Assembly (NCBI GenBank): GCA_024137785.1
Contig: JAHRHZ010000221.1
Location: 62,001 to 126,000, forward strand
Reading direction: 5' to 3'
DNA: 64,000 nt
Origin: Ginglymostoma cirratum
Taxonomy: Eukaryota
Shown here: positions 50,742 through 64,000 of the stretch, piece by piece
How the letters are laid out: each line of letters opens with the position of its first letter
Numbering within the stretch: the first letter of the stretch is position 1
The notes under the pieces: model-generated
Seen by the model: only the letters and a program-made list of their open reading frames with translations
Database searches by the model: none
Told to the model about the DNA's origin: nothing
Translations under genes and position numbers: made by a program

Positions 50742-51055
50742 AGGCTGTGAGCTGAGAATTGAGAATGGGGACAGTCCTTGTACTGGCCGAGTGGAGGTTC
50801 ACTATGATGGACTGTGGGGGACTGTGTATGATAGTGACTGGGACCTGGCAAATGCTACTGTAGTTTGTCGGGAGCTGGACTGTGGGACCGCGCTCTCTGC
50901 CCCAAGCGGGGCTCACTTTGGACCAGGATCCGGACCAGTTGTGACAGGGAAATTTTGGTGCAGTGGGACTGAGAGTGCTCTGCGGGACTGTCCATCATTG
51001 GATTGGGGTCAATACAACTATTCACACGCCAATGATGCTGGTGTCATCTGTTCAG
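50742..51055 (+). pseudogene. SRCR domain 1 exon, CD163/WC1-like
   Basis: LRIENGDSPCTGRVEVHYDGLWGTV..VVCRELDCG..CSGTESALRDC..DAGVICS; donor GTAAAA; first codons out of phase with the CAG acceptor (apparent 1-nt deletion). Confidence 0.88.
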
Positions 51056-51618
51056 GTAAAAATCGACTGCTGTTTCTATCTCGTTTTATCACAACCTGTC
51101 TGAATCCAGAAAGGGATGCGATAATACAACGACAACTGTCCAATAATTATGGCCATCGTCATAATCAAATCACTGTTTCAATCCGTATCACTATATAATG
51201 CGTCGAATACTTGAAAGTAATGGCAGAGGTGATTATCTGTTTCTCTTTACACTCCAGTGAAGAGGCAGAAGTGGTGACCACTGTGGTTTCACTTGAAGCT
51301 GCACTCATACACCTGCAGTGCTGGAACTATCAAATATAAAAACCAATGACTAATAAGATTCTACACTGCGTGGTGTAGCAGAGTCAGTTTGTGTCATTTA
51401 TCTGAGTCTGAAATTCTCTTTCTTGCAAAAAGCCGAGGATCAGAAATCCTGGGGTGAACAGAAATGAGTTCGACAGGGCACCAACCCGACACAGACTGAT
51501 GGAACATTTCACACGTGAATGTGATAAGTCTGTCATTAATCAGATGAATGTTCATCTGTAAATAATATGAGTTACCACTGTTGCAATTTCTTATGATTCG
51601 GTGATTTTTTTTTGCTAG

Positions 51619-51934
51619 AGCACAGAGCTCCGCGGTTGGTGCCCGGAAATTCCCAATGCTTCGGCAGGCTGGAGCTGCAGTTCGGCGACACTTCGATAAC
51701 AGTGTGTGGTCTTGACTGGGATTTGAAAAACGCCAATGTGGTCTGTGCACAGCTTCATTGTGGAGTGGCCTTAACTGTGTCAAGTTCTGCTCATTCTGGA
51801 GGCAGTAATATGCTGATGAGTAATGAGATCTTTGAATTATACGGACAATGAGAATCAACTGGTAAAGTGCCCTCGGTCATCATCCGTTCGCCAGGATTGC
51901 AGTGGACACAACAACGTCACCCTGATATGTTCAC
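51619..51934 (+). pseudogene. SRCR domain 2 exon, frameshifted
   Basis: PRLVPGNSQCFGRLE..VVCAQLHCG, +1 frameshift at about 51838, then NENQLVKCP..DCSGHNNVTLICS; donor GTGAGT. Confidence 0.88.
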
Positions 51935-54660
51935 GTGAGTACAACCCGAACGAAAAGAAAAAAAAATTCGCCTTCGGGTTTCGAAACGTGACGGCGCTGG
52001 CATTCCTGACATTGCTTTGATGGTGTCAATTCTAAACTCATCCTGACAGCTTCTAATGGCGACGTGTACAATTTGTAATGTGGTAAAATACACTTGCAAT
52101 TATTGGAAATTTAAATGCCACGAAATGTTGTGTACCTGACAAGGAATCCAAAGACGATCCTTTTGGTTCGTTTACCTTACGTACTAGTTTGAATTTATCT
52201 TACCTTAATGTCACTGTGAATTTTTCAACAGTCTCTACATTATCAGTTGTCTGTTTCGCTATCATTCCAACCTGTGGTTTCCCACTTGACCCAAACTGGA
52301 ACATTTGTGCCCCTTTCTCTTTCAAAGACCAGGAAACGGGAGCAGGTTTTTTTTTTAAGTTTTCCTGGCTTGTAGAAGCTACTCATATTCTGGGAGGCCT
52401 CTAATTGCTCCAGCTCCATTGTTTCAAGACGGACTGCAGTTGTTCAATCCAACTTTGTCAAAATTAAAAGTCTGTCCGTGATTGTATTGGAGTATCGTTC
52501 AACGGCACTTCCTCAAGGACGACGGCACTCTTTTTGAATTGCACTTAATTGGAAACAATGAATAAGTTGCCTTCATAAAGTAAATATTGATAACTTTTGC
52601 CAATGTCGTCTCACTGGACGCTGCATCCATATCTGGAACAGCTCAGTTGTCTGAACGGCTGGATGTGATGCATTACGAGGACAACAGCGTTAGTTCATTC
52701 CCCCCACAATCTGAAGTTGCCATGAATGTCCTAACATTCTTAACTCGTCCACTGCCTGACAAGTAGACATCATCAGGTTAAGTCACTGACAAGTCGTCTC
52801 TGTCTAAAGGCAGAGCAGCCTTATGATCCTCGGAAGGAGCATCCGAAGAGTCACAAATATGTCAGCAGAAAATACATACATGATTAACACTTCTTAAATA
52901 CATTGGCATGTAATCAAGGCGCGAACGTTTTAAAAAGAAAACGTGCATTCGCCCAGCAGTAATGCTACTGAATGAAGTCCTCAATTTGCAAAAAAAATCT
53001 ATTAACCATCTCATTCTGTCACATGACTTTTGGCCATCATCATCTCCCTTTTGAACAGAGACAAGCAGCTTCTATTTTTCTCAGAATGTTAATGGAGTTT
53101 GAAACTCCGTTCACAAGAATTTAGTGCAGATTGTGATTTGCATTTTAGTCACGCAGAAACCTTCTGCATTTTCGATGGATGATTGAGGTCAGGTTTCTGG
53201 GTAAGGAGTGGAGGAGCAGACGTGAAAGGGGAACAGGAACGGTCCCTCAAAACCATGACCTTCTTCAATGTTCACTTATATTTGAAGGAGTAAATGCTCA
53301 CTCAGGCATCTGAGTTCCTCACCCAGAAAAAGAAGTGTGATTCTACAGCTGATGTAATTTTGCCGGTAGAATAACCAACAACGTGAGAAGTCAAATGGGT
53401 AGCAAGAGTATGCCATTATTTTGTGATACTCAGTATTATAACCAGAAAATCTTACAGACAGGCGAACACCGTAGGAAAGAGAGGAATTCATTTTCATATG
53501 CAGCTCAAGTGATGCATTACAATGACCCATGTCGTGATACTGATTTTCTTTCAGTTCTGGGGAAGGGTCACTGGACCCGAAAAGTTAACTCTGTTTTCTC
53601 TTTGACAGATGCTGCCAGACCTGCTGAGCTTTTCCAGCAACTTTGTTTTTGTTCCTGATTTACAGCATCCACAGTTCTTTTAGTTTTTACCGATTTTTCT
53701 TTCTTGTGGATTGAAGGGGTTTGCATGCAAATTTGCCACTGATTTATACAAACAGATATTGCTGGAAAAACTCAGAAGGCCTTGCAGCAGCTGTTGGAGG
53801 AATCAGAGTCAACGTTTTAGTTCAGTGACGCTTGTTGAGAACTGTGCTCCAAAATGGCTGATTGGCGTGAAATCGTCGCTTTGGCCCTGAACAGTGCGGA
53901 AGGAAGATGTCAAAAGACTTGTTCGAGCTTCTCCACGTGCAGGTGAAGTTGGCCTGGCAAGAAGTCGGTTATTGGGAATCCTTTCCGACTTGAGCAGGAT
54001 ATCATTTGGAAATGATGTCCTTGGAAACCTGCAGCATTTAGTTTTGATGGTGACATGCATTTGACAGCGTGATCACTAAATTAACCAGAAACAGTTATGC
54101 ATAATCCTTTGATAATCTAATATCTTGTACTGGAAGATACGAACGAGCGACAGTTGATCCGTTGGGGTGGGAGCGGGAATACGAGAAATGAATGCACCTA
54201 GATCCTAGTGCAACTTTGGTGAGAGAATGTTTATTGGAGAGAATAACTCTGACATGTTGGCAGCATATCGGGAGTTTTTACCTTCAGAACAACCATGTCA
54301 AAAACAGTGAAGTTAGGAGCACTGAGCAAATTCTCACAGACACTGCCTTTGACGTTGTATGGTCAATTAGGCATGATGGACTGAGAATAAGCAGGAATCA
54401 TTTCAATTCCCTCCTTCTGACTTCGACCAGACAGCTGCCCAAAAACGGTTATGGGCTGTTGATAGGACACTTCATTGCGCATTTTTCCCATATTAACAGA
54501 ACGTGTTGTTCCACACTTCTTCCAAACGTTTGGAAGAGAAATGTGATGGTATGGATAAAACTTTGTGAAAGGTTATCGGATAAGCCATGCTTCATGATTT
54601 TTTTTCCAAGTGATGTACTTTTCTTTGATTGTTAGTTCTTAAAAGTCTCCAGTCAGTTGA

Positions 54661-55009
<349 letters not shown>

Positions 55010-55699
55010 GTGAGAAGTCGCTTTACATTTCAACCTTCTGAGAAATATCAAACCAAATACCTGTCTGCCGAGAATGTACATCACTTGTTCTTCAGTGTCA
55101 CTCAGAACAATCATTTAACTTCAGTGTGACAGCAGTCGTGGGCCTGACGGATGAGTGTGAGAAACTGAGTTTTTTTTTGCAAGATACAAGCCACAAGCAT
55201 TTTATGACCCAAAATTAAATCTGACACATGTCCAGCAGAGAATGGTTAGCATGGAGAGTGGTTAAAGTCTTGATAAGAATGGTGTGTTTCAACGAACTTT
55301 ATTCAATCCATAGAGATTTTGGTGTTTCTGGAGGATTGTCTGATATTGTCCAGTACTACGGAGTCCAAAAGAACAGAACGAAGTTCGGAGATGATGCACA
55401 AGAAGACGGAGTTTGTGTAAAACAGTGCTCTTGAGACGATTAGCATGGGAAACAGCGACAATAATGTTATATGTGGCGTGGGGTGTCAATAGTGGGTGGT
55501 GTGATTCGGGGCAAGTGAGAAGAGCCTGAAGAAATGATACCAGAACACTGATGTTAAAGCGTCAAGGCCACAATTGCCATGTGACCAATTTAGATGATCA
55601 GCTTCATGGATGCTTGATAATATGACTTAAGCTAGCTCAGGGAGAAATATTTGATTTGAGTTAAAATTTCCATCAAATGTTAGTTGGGCGATTGGACAG

Positions 55700-56225
55700 G
55701 AAATCACTGAAATACAGATGTCTGAGAAACGGTTGCACGATAGCTGATCAGTAAGCTCCCAGATGAAACGTAAATTGTTGTGTTGCTAAATAGTGAGAAG
55801 GATAGCCATAGATTGCAGAAATATGTAGACAGACGCTGGGAAAGGCACTCATTGGTGAATGAAATTCAACACATATAAGTGCAAGGTGGCTTACTTAAGC
55901 ATGACAAACCAAGGGAAGGTTCAGTATGAATAGTCATTGGACGCTGAGGCGCAGCTATTATCAGAGGGAACTTGATGGGCATGTCCTCCAGTTCGTTACA
56001 ACACAGAGACATTCAGATAAAGTGGTTTGGAAGGAATATCGAATACTTGCCTTCATCATCTGAGGCATGAAGTATAGGAGTATGGAGCTCATGCTGAGAG
56101 CGTCTTTAACTTCTTTTCGGCCAAAGGTAGAACAGTGAATGTGGCTCTCGAATCTATATTAATGGAGGGAAGCTGTTGCACTGGAGAAGAGTTTACCAGG
56201 ACTTTGCTTGGGCTGGAGCATTTTA
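55700..56225 (+). mobile_element. Decayed CR1-type LINE fragment in SRCR intron
   Basis: Remnants of CR1 motifs (GATGAAACGTAAATTG, AAGTGCAAGGTG, GAGGCATGAAGTATAGGAG). Confidence 0.6.
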
Positions 56226-56891
56226 ATTTTGCTACCAGTTAAGGTATCTATTATTACATTCGCCCCCAGCTGCAGAAATTCTTTGTTCACAGCGTCTTAA
56301 TATGTTGTAGATGCAGAACGTGTAGATCCTAACGAGCTGCAGCAAGTTTGGCCTTTTGCTCGTTAAGAATTTAACAGGTCGAACAGAGGCGCTGGTAAAT
56401 GATTTTCCAAACCACAATATCGATAATTTTCTCTGAGAACTCCCTTTCTCCGAACCTGTCCTTGTCGTATCCTTAACAGCTAACACTTGGCCATGTTTTT
56501 GGACAATTCAGCTTCGTCTGAAGATTGGAGTGGTATCGCTCCTGTTCATGTGTTGCGGTGTTTTGTTCTGCTGGATGTCTCAGTTATAAGCGGTGGAGGA
56601 AGTATGGATTTATATCGGAAGAACATAATATTATGGGTTATATAAAGTGACAGTCAATGGTTCAAAAGAGTGTTGGGGCGGTGATAAAATAAGATTTGTT
56701 GAAATTTCTATGGCTGTGCATTCTTGCTGAAAGGATTGATTTAATCTCATGATGTTGTAAGATATTCTGTTTCAAGATTTTATTACACGCGACAGGAAAA
56801 TGCAAGACTCACTTTACCTCAATCAAAAAGCTATTGAACGAAGAAGAAAGTCGGTGCTGAAAGTATAATAATCGATTTTATTGTCGAACAG

Positions 56892-57210
56892 AACATGTCC
56901 AGTTCAGGCTATCAGATGGTGGAAGCCCCTGTGCCGGCCGAGTGGAGATCTACTACGATGGAATGTGGGGTTCGATTTGTGATGACTTTTGGGATGTGAT
57001 AGACGCTGAAGTGGTTTGCAAACAGCTGGGTTTTGGAAATGCACTGGACGTGACACTTCCTTCCTCCTATCGACCGGGGTTAAGGCCCAGTTTGGTTGAA
57101 AAATGTGAAGTGTTCCGGAAACGAATCGTTTCTCTGGGAATGTCCTTCAGCGCAACTGGATCACCAAGTTGACTGCTCTCATGAAGAGGATGTGAGAATT
57201 ATGTGCTCAG
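56892..57210 (+). pseudogene. SRCR domain 4 exon, frameshifted
   Basis: [40 protein letters not shown] (Cys replaced by Phe), frameshift at about 57083, then [31 protein letters not shown]; donor GTGAGA. Confidence 0.9.
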
Positions 57211-58202
57211 GTGAGACCGCACTCGGTGTTGTTATTCTCCACCAATGGCATAGACGAGGCTTCATACGGGCCGCTTTACAGTGAACTGGGGAGTATGAAC
57301 AGCAGAGACAGCAATTGATCACAATGCCCCTTCTCAAGACCATGCTGCACGAGTGATCACAGATATTATTTAACCGACATTAAAGTCTCCTTCTATGGAT
57401 ATATTCCTTTATCAAATACATGCCAAAATAAGTGTTAAGGAAGAACTTATGTTTCATTATAAGCAGCCCGGATGAAGTAAATATTTCCCAAAATGTCCAC
57501 CAGGGACATTATAACAAACGTCTATTTGTTATCTTTGGTTTTGTAGCCAGAAATATCATTCCTGTCTGTGTATCCTTCGATCACTCTGTGGTTCTTTCTC
57601 GGGTCGTTTCTTAGTTTGCAATGAGCGTATACCCTCTTGCCCTTTTAACCACATTTCGCCATCTTAGACGTGGCTGAATCCAAATATTATCACTTGTTGG
57701 TCGCCCACACTGCCCATTTATTAACATGTACTTGCCTTTTGCGCGATCTGCCTGCACGGAAAATTTGATCCATAGTTTGTTGTCAGTTTGAATGTGTGCA
57801 ATTGTCTTAGGGTGAGCAAATCCAAATCTACCAAGATTAAACAGCCGTAGCATCAGTCCCAGTTCCACTAGATTACCACTTCCACTCTTCTGCAAATCTG
57901 ACAAACTTCTTTGACCTCAGTCGTTTTTTTTTTGCTGCCAGTTTCTTCTCTACAAATTTGAATACTCAATCCTTTCAAGATTCTAGTAATACCTTGTTGT
58001 ATGACTTTTAAAACTCCATGAATGATGCATCTTCTGCACTGGTTCTACTTTGTATGTCTGTAACTTCTTCCAATCGTATAATAAGGCATTTCATGCATCA
58101 TATTCATTCAGAAGATTTCAGTTGAATGCCAAAGGACAGTCACAGCTATGCACCGAAGACATAAACAATCTATCAATTGGATATCTGTTGTTGTGTGAAC
58201 AG

Positions 58203-58520
58203 AATACAAGGAGATGCAACTGGTGAATGGAAAGCATCGCTGTGAGGGGAGAGTGGAAGTGTTCCAAAATGAGACCTGGGGGACAGTGTGCTCGGAAAGT
58301 CTGGATAACCATGATGCAGAAGTGATTTGTAAACAGCTGCACTGCGGTGTCCTCCAGTCCATTGATCATAACGCTCAGTTATTTGGAGCAGGAACAGGAC
58401 GTATTTGGCTTGATGAGATCAAATGTCTTTCAGGCGAGTCGACCCTGTGGCATTGTCAGAGAAATCCGTGGGGGCAACACAACTGTGAGCACAGAGAAGA
58501 TGCCGGCTTTGTTTGTTCAG
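58203..58520 (+). pseudogene. SRCR domain 5 exon, splice donor lost
   Basis: Complete 8-Cys group B domain MQLVNGKHRCEGRVEV..HNCEHREDAGFVCS; the expected donor reads CTAGCT instead of GT. Confidence 0.9.
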
Positions 58521-58641
58521 CTAGCTCAACAAACACTCTCAATGTTTCGGTTTCATATGAAATTCATCATTGATGAATTCTTTGCAATTATACAAGGCAG
58601 CATCTAACGAAGATAAAATTCTCTATAATCTCTTCTTTAAG

Positions 58642-58758
58642 GACAGGAAAGTGAATCCATTTCCATACCTGTTGTCGTCTGCTTAACTTTAGGAGTTCTG
58701 TTAAACCTAGATTTGATCGCACTACTAGTGGTAATGTGGAGAAAATTGCAAATGAAAG
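58642..58758 (+). pseudogene. Transmembrane exon of the SRCR receptor
   Basis: TTTAAG acceptor; QESESISIPVVVCLTLGVLLNLDLIALLVVMWRKLQMK; phase-1 donor GTGAGC. Confidence 0.75.
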
Positions 58759-59650
58759 GTGAGCCTCACACTTACCGAATGAGTCAGCACTCAGTCAGTT
58801 TTCTTGTTCATTATAGTGTTGGAGCCGTAGATTGTTGTTGCACTTTTCCATCAGTCATTCTATATGGTGACGAATGTGAGGTCATTTCTGGCTATTTGTT
58901 TTTTTCAAGGGGCTTTACCCAATGAAACGCCAGATATCAATTTAAGGCAAGTATATAATACTTTAATAAGAACTTTTTGAAGCTGAAAGAAGATGGAAAT
59001 TGGGTCAAATATTCATCAAATCCCTCAATACCTGTGGATCTAAACAGAATTAACGTTTGATGTGGTGTTATACCAAATTATTTTCAACCTCGACAGCTGT
59101 GGGAAGGTTACAAATGAATAGTCAGGATATAGGTGCCGGCAAAAAAAATTCTCAGATAACAGAAAACTTATTAGTATTTTAAGGGTCCAGATCCGAAACG
59201 TCAGCTTTCCTGCTCCTCTGATGTTGCTTGGCCTGCTGTGTTCATCCAGCTCTGCACCTTGTTACATCTGTATACTTTTGATTGCTGTGTATAAGTTAAA
59301 CTGAAGGCAAAGTGAAAATTATAGAAAATGATGATTATTCGTGTTGATCGTCATTGCCCTCTCGTGGAAAATCATTCCCAGTCAAATGTTTTTCAACCAG
59401 TGTAAAGTATAAAGATGTTTTAATCGGCCAGTCAAGGGAAATCAGTTGTTGGATGACTGAAAGTAAATATAAAAAGGCGCTTAATACTCTCACCGATCGT
59501 AGGTTCTGGCATCAGCACCCAGAACCGAAAGAACTGTTAAGGAAAACTAACTGTGAATAAATAAGTCCAGGAAGTGAGCGGACCTCTCAATTAAATTGAA
59601 AGACACATTGCCACACGCAAAAACTCCACTTTCTTTGGTTTGTTTTCCAG

Positions 59651-59764
59651 TAAATTATGCTTCCATCGACTCAATCAATCGCATTGAATACTACACCAGC
59701 CACAGCTTGAGTGATAATAATCCGGTATCAGAAAATCCTGAGTTGATCTCCAACAGTATTCCTG
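59651..59764 (+). pseudogene. Cytoplasmic exon with tyrosine motifs
   Basis: TTTTCCAG acceptor; VNYASIDSINRIEYYTSHSLSDNNPVSENPELISNSIP; phase-1 donor GTTTGT. Confidence 0.6.
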
Positions 59765-60865
59765 GTTTGTATGCGTTCACTTTCTGTCAGTTCACTTCCA
59801 TCCTTCACTCCAACTGCCTTTCCAAATTTAAAGAAGGCAACGATTACAAGACTGAGGATGACACTGTCAACACTCGCTGTTTAATGAGCAGTGTCAGTTA
59901 GAAAGAAAGTCGCTGGTTTGTTATCACATGGTCATGGGCAAAGTCCGTGCCTGTTTGAAACAGCCACCTAACGATTCTGATCCCATTTCCAAGCACACGA
60001 CCCATAGCCTTGTATGGCATGGTATCGCGTTCGTGCCATTGAGTACTTCTTAAATTTAATTCGCCTATTTTGCCCACCACCCTTGCAAACGGGGAGTCCC
60101 AGATTCCCACCAGCTTCCGAGTAAAATCAGTCTCATTTTCAACCTTTTGAATTCTCTCTTCCCATCCCTGAAATCTATGCCCCGATCTTTGATCTGTCCA
60201 AAATCAGAGAGAAATTACATTCTGTCTAACTCCAACTTCGCCCTTCATAATTGCATGCAGCACAATACTGTCCACCCCTCAGTGTCCTCAGATCGAAGGA
60301 AAATATATGAATGAAGGAATAGTACCTATTCAGCCCGTTGAGTCTGTTCTGTTATTCGATGAGATTATGGCTGTCTGCGGTGTGGCTTAAATCCAGGTAC
60401 CTTCCTTCGGCCTATATCGATTGATACCTTTGATTAACAAAAAAAAAACTGTACCCCATTTAAAATTAATAACTGATGTTAGCATCAGTTGCTTTTTGAG
60501 GAAGATAATTCGAAATCACTCCCAGCCTTTGTTCTTCCATGGTATCTCCTGAACGGCCTGGCCATAAATCCGAAAACGCGAATCTTCAACAAATGATAAT
60601 ATTTCATCGTTATCTGTCCGTTCTTTTTGTTTTTAGTATCTTGGAGAAATCGATTCGGTTGCCTTAACCTTCTAATTTCGACATAAAAAGACTTAATGTG
60701 CTGCTTATCTTTGCTCATGCCGTGTCGCCAATGTCCTCCGAACTAACTAACTCTTCAAGTCCCACCTTTCCACACTCGTGTTATATTCCAGTTAGAATCT
60801 CCTCTTCCACCTCTTGGTGTTGTGTGTTACAGTTTGCGTCAGTGATGATCATCTTTTCCTCCAAG

Positions 60866-60997
60866 GTCCAGATCATGGCGATTATAATGTTATTGAGATT
60901 GAAGATGCTGAATCTCAGGATTTCCAGGCTCATCTGGACAATGATCCCGATGAACCTCTCACATTAACAAATGCTGATTATGGTTCTTGTTCAGTTG
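60866..60997 (+). pseudogene. Acidic cytoplasmic exon
   Basis: CTCCAAG acceptor; GPDHGDYNVIEIEDAESQDF..ADYGSCSV; donor GTGAGT; DYxxI resembles the DYDDV motifs of WC1/CD163L-type tails. Confidence 0.6.
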
Positions 60998-63779
60998 GTG
61001 AGTAGATTTACAGCTACTCCCATCTTAATTACAGTCACTCTCATCATAACCAGTGCGCTGTGCTTTCGGACTGCCTTAATTCCTATCCATTCTGGAATCA
61101 ATATTGTATATATTGGAAATCGAAAAACAACATAGAGAGATAGCAGAGGTTTCTCTCCACAAGCTGTCATTGTGAAAGAGCTTATTTACTGAACAGGGTT
61201 CTCTATTTAAAGGCAATGAAGTTTTGACTCTTCTTAAAAAAAGAACGTCGATATCAATTAGACATTACATTTTTGTCCGCTCTTTGAATGGCCAAAACTT
61301 TGTTTCCGAAATGATGAATGACAAGTCTGCAAAACTGCTTTGCCAATCGATCGCAAATTGCATGACTGTGAAATATGGAAGGTGGGGTTTTATGTGTTCA
61401 ACATTTTAACTGTTGCAGTTGTTTGTGCTGATTGGTAAGACAGACACAGGGGATCTTTAGTTTTAAAATAAAAAAAAAGGAGAGCTTGGTTTGACGTGGT
61501 TGTTCTGTGTAAGTGCACGCACAATAGTTCCTGACGTGAAATGAGTGTCTCTGACTTGAACATTGTAACTGGCTATAACTCATGGGCATCTTTGTCACTA
61601 AAATGCAGACTAACTCTTTAGCTGCTCTGCCATTTTCAAATGCATAGTGGAGCAAGCTACTCCAAAATTCCAGCTTCTTTTATTGACCATTCTCTCCTTT
61701 ATTCACGAGACCCAACTGAAGTCCTTTCTCGTTTAATTATCTTTCGTGAGATCTGTCTTCCAAAATGTAGCTTCCAACACATTGCCAACCCAGCAACTGC
61801 ACCCCGTTTTGTTCCTTTCCCTCTTTAACGTCATTTCATGCTAATCTTTGTCAAGCATGAAATGTGTTCAATTTCACCAATTACAGATCCAAGTTATGCA
61901 ATATTAGAATATATAATACTCAAATCACAAATGAAATCCGAAATGATTGCGAAAATTATTATCAACCTGACTGAGGGCTCACTACCAATGGAGACACAAT
62001 TGAAAACAGAAAGGCAGGAAGTTTAGAGGGGATATGATGTAAACAATTATTACCCGGCCAGTGTTGTGTGTCTGGCATACAGTGTCTGTGAGATAGGTCA
62101 GGCGGGATGACTGCAAACTTTCAAAATATACTTGCACGTGTACTTGATGTGTTATAACATTGAACGCGACGGTCATGGCGCAGAGTCTCATGTGAGACTT
62201 GTTCAGGTAGTAGCTTGTTTTTGGCAGCGCACACTCTATGGACTGACAGGGCTTTTCTGTACTGCATGATTCAAATTTTATAAGACGCAGCCTTTGACAT
62301 GGCAACATAATCCTACTGAACTTCAAGCCAGATATGTCCATCTCTCAAAGAAGCCAAATTATAATTCAATCATCTCAGCTCGGGGCATCACATGCATTGG
62401 ATGTTGTTTAAGTGCGAGCTCTGACGGCCGCTCATAAAATCCATTCTTTTGCATGCATCCATGATGCCTTCTGAACTGAAATGCACCTAAAGTGCGACAC
62501 AAATTTTACAGCAAAAAGATCCAACCGTTAAGAGCTACCTTTTCCAATTGGTTAAAACGTTTCTGAAAAAGGGGGGAGAGTGCGTTGTCCTGGAGATCTG
62601 TAGAGTTGTGGAATGCTTTCAGCATAATGTAACGTTGAAAGTCATCATAAAAAGCGTGGCACATGTCTATCAGTCAAAAGAATCGATGCTTGTGATGAGA
62701 ATTTTCTAATTAAAGAGGAAAATAACATGTTATCGCATCACAGAGGCCATTTAAATTATTTTACCAGAGCAAAATAAATCATAAACTTTTCTTTACGTTG
62801 TACTTCTTACCAACACCTCAAATGCAAACTCTTGCATGTCCAATGATCTACTTTTGTAATTGTTCTTCTCTGTTGTACTTTAAGATAAGGCACAGCCCGC
62901 ATGCGCCCGTTAAGTTCTCACAAATCAGAGGTCGTAATTAATGTCTCGTTCGTTTAGTGAGATTTTCGAATGTTGAATGAATATTGTCCGAATGATGACA
63001 CCTCTGCTGCTCTACAAGGTAGATTCCAGGCTGTCCTTCACATCCAGCTGAGAAATCAGGTAGAGACACACTTCAACGGTCCTTTTGAAAGATCGCCCTT
63101 CATCTTTATGACATTGAAGAGGCAGACATAGTCTTTTTTCCCAATTTCCCTGAAGTTTAGAGCTTCAGCTGGGGAATGACAGGTTCTCGTGATGTAAATA
63201 GAGTCACAGATGACATGACCTCGGTGAACTCCATCTACTTTCTTTATCATTTCAGGTAAATGTTAGAGTCTATTTCATCTTGGGACGAACTGAGGCAAAG
63301 AATATTGCTCAAAGTCTTCCATTCTGACTTCCAAAGTGCTGAAGATTTTTTTTCATAAAATAAGCTGCCCATGATTGTAACTGAGCAGGATTTGCTTTGC
63401 TTTGAACTAATTATATTTGTATGCACTTCCATGTTTTATGTGATTGTGTAACAATGACTTAAAAGGGAAAGTAGACTGAATACATTAAGATTATTTTTAT
63501 GGTTGTAATAATCACGTAATTCATTTCTCTATTCGAATTAATTGATTCTCAAATGGAGGTGACGTCCCTGTCGTTTCTCAATGAGCTATTTTAAGGAATT
63601 CGATGTGTGATTGATTTGCTTTTTCAAACCTCGTTCGGGAGGGTATACAACTTGTTGATGAACTGGGAATCTTTCTGTAAGTGGTGATGCACAGTGTAAA
63701 TTGAATTTCATCAATAAAAATGCAGTGATTTCATGTTTGTTTTGGAATTCTGTGCCTGTTTATAGACGTCAGTCCCAAA

Positions 63780-63930
63780 GTGAATGTGTGTGAGTGTCAG
63801 TGAATGGAAATGTGAGTGTGTGTTTGAGTGCGTGTGTGCGAGTGTCAGTGAGTGAGCGAGACTGAGTGCAATTATCTTTAATCACGTAACTGTGTGCGTG
63901 ACTAATTGTAATTGTGTTTGTGTGAGTATT
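63780..63930. repeat. GT-rich simple repeat
   Basis: Direct reading. Confidence 0.7.
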
Positions 63931-64000
63931 TTGGGATGTTTAATGAAGGAGGCAACTAAATGGCAAATCTTGGAAACATTAAGGGATGGACCGATATCTG

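Noticed and set aside
58910-58950. Possible small cytoplasmic exon after the SRCR TM exon
   Set aside because: Good acceptor, but the candidate donors (GC or weak GT) give incompatible phase; cannot support.

Overview
Vertebrate (cartilaginous fish, probably carpet/bamboo-shark type; inferred from the IgW gene and the HE1-SINE/Penelope repeat families) genomic DNA. The first third holds the complete constant region of an IgW heavy-chain cluster on the + strand. It comprises the 3' part of the J-C intron, six intact CH exons, the classical secretory tailpiece fused to CH6, and two membrane exons. It also has two separate cysteine-rich secretory-tail exons, one after CH2 and a duplicated one after CH4, neither shown in the ORF track. 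The two tails differ almost only by amino-acid-changing substitutions and contain IgG1-hinge-like peptides (HTCPPCP; [12 protein letters not shown]). No V, D or J segments are in the window. About 21-43 kb is a nest of CR1-type LINEs, Gypsy LTR remnants, SINEs and Penelope-like elements, several with minimal hammerhead-ribozyme motifs, interrupting a degenerate minisatellite. About 49-61 kb holds a multiply disrupted CD163/WC1-like gene (leader, 5 SRCR domains, TM, tyrosine-motif tail) in a visibly more CpG-rich domain. Exon boundaries were read by eye from splice signals and phase. Repeat boundaries are approximate and family names come from recall, not a database search.
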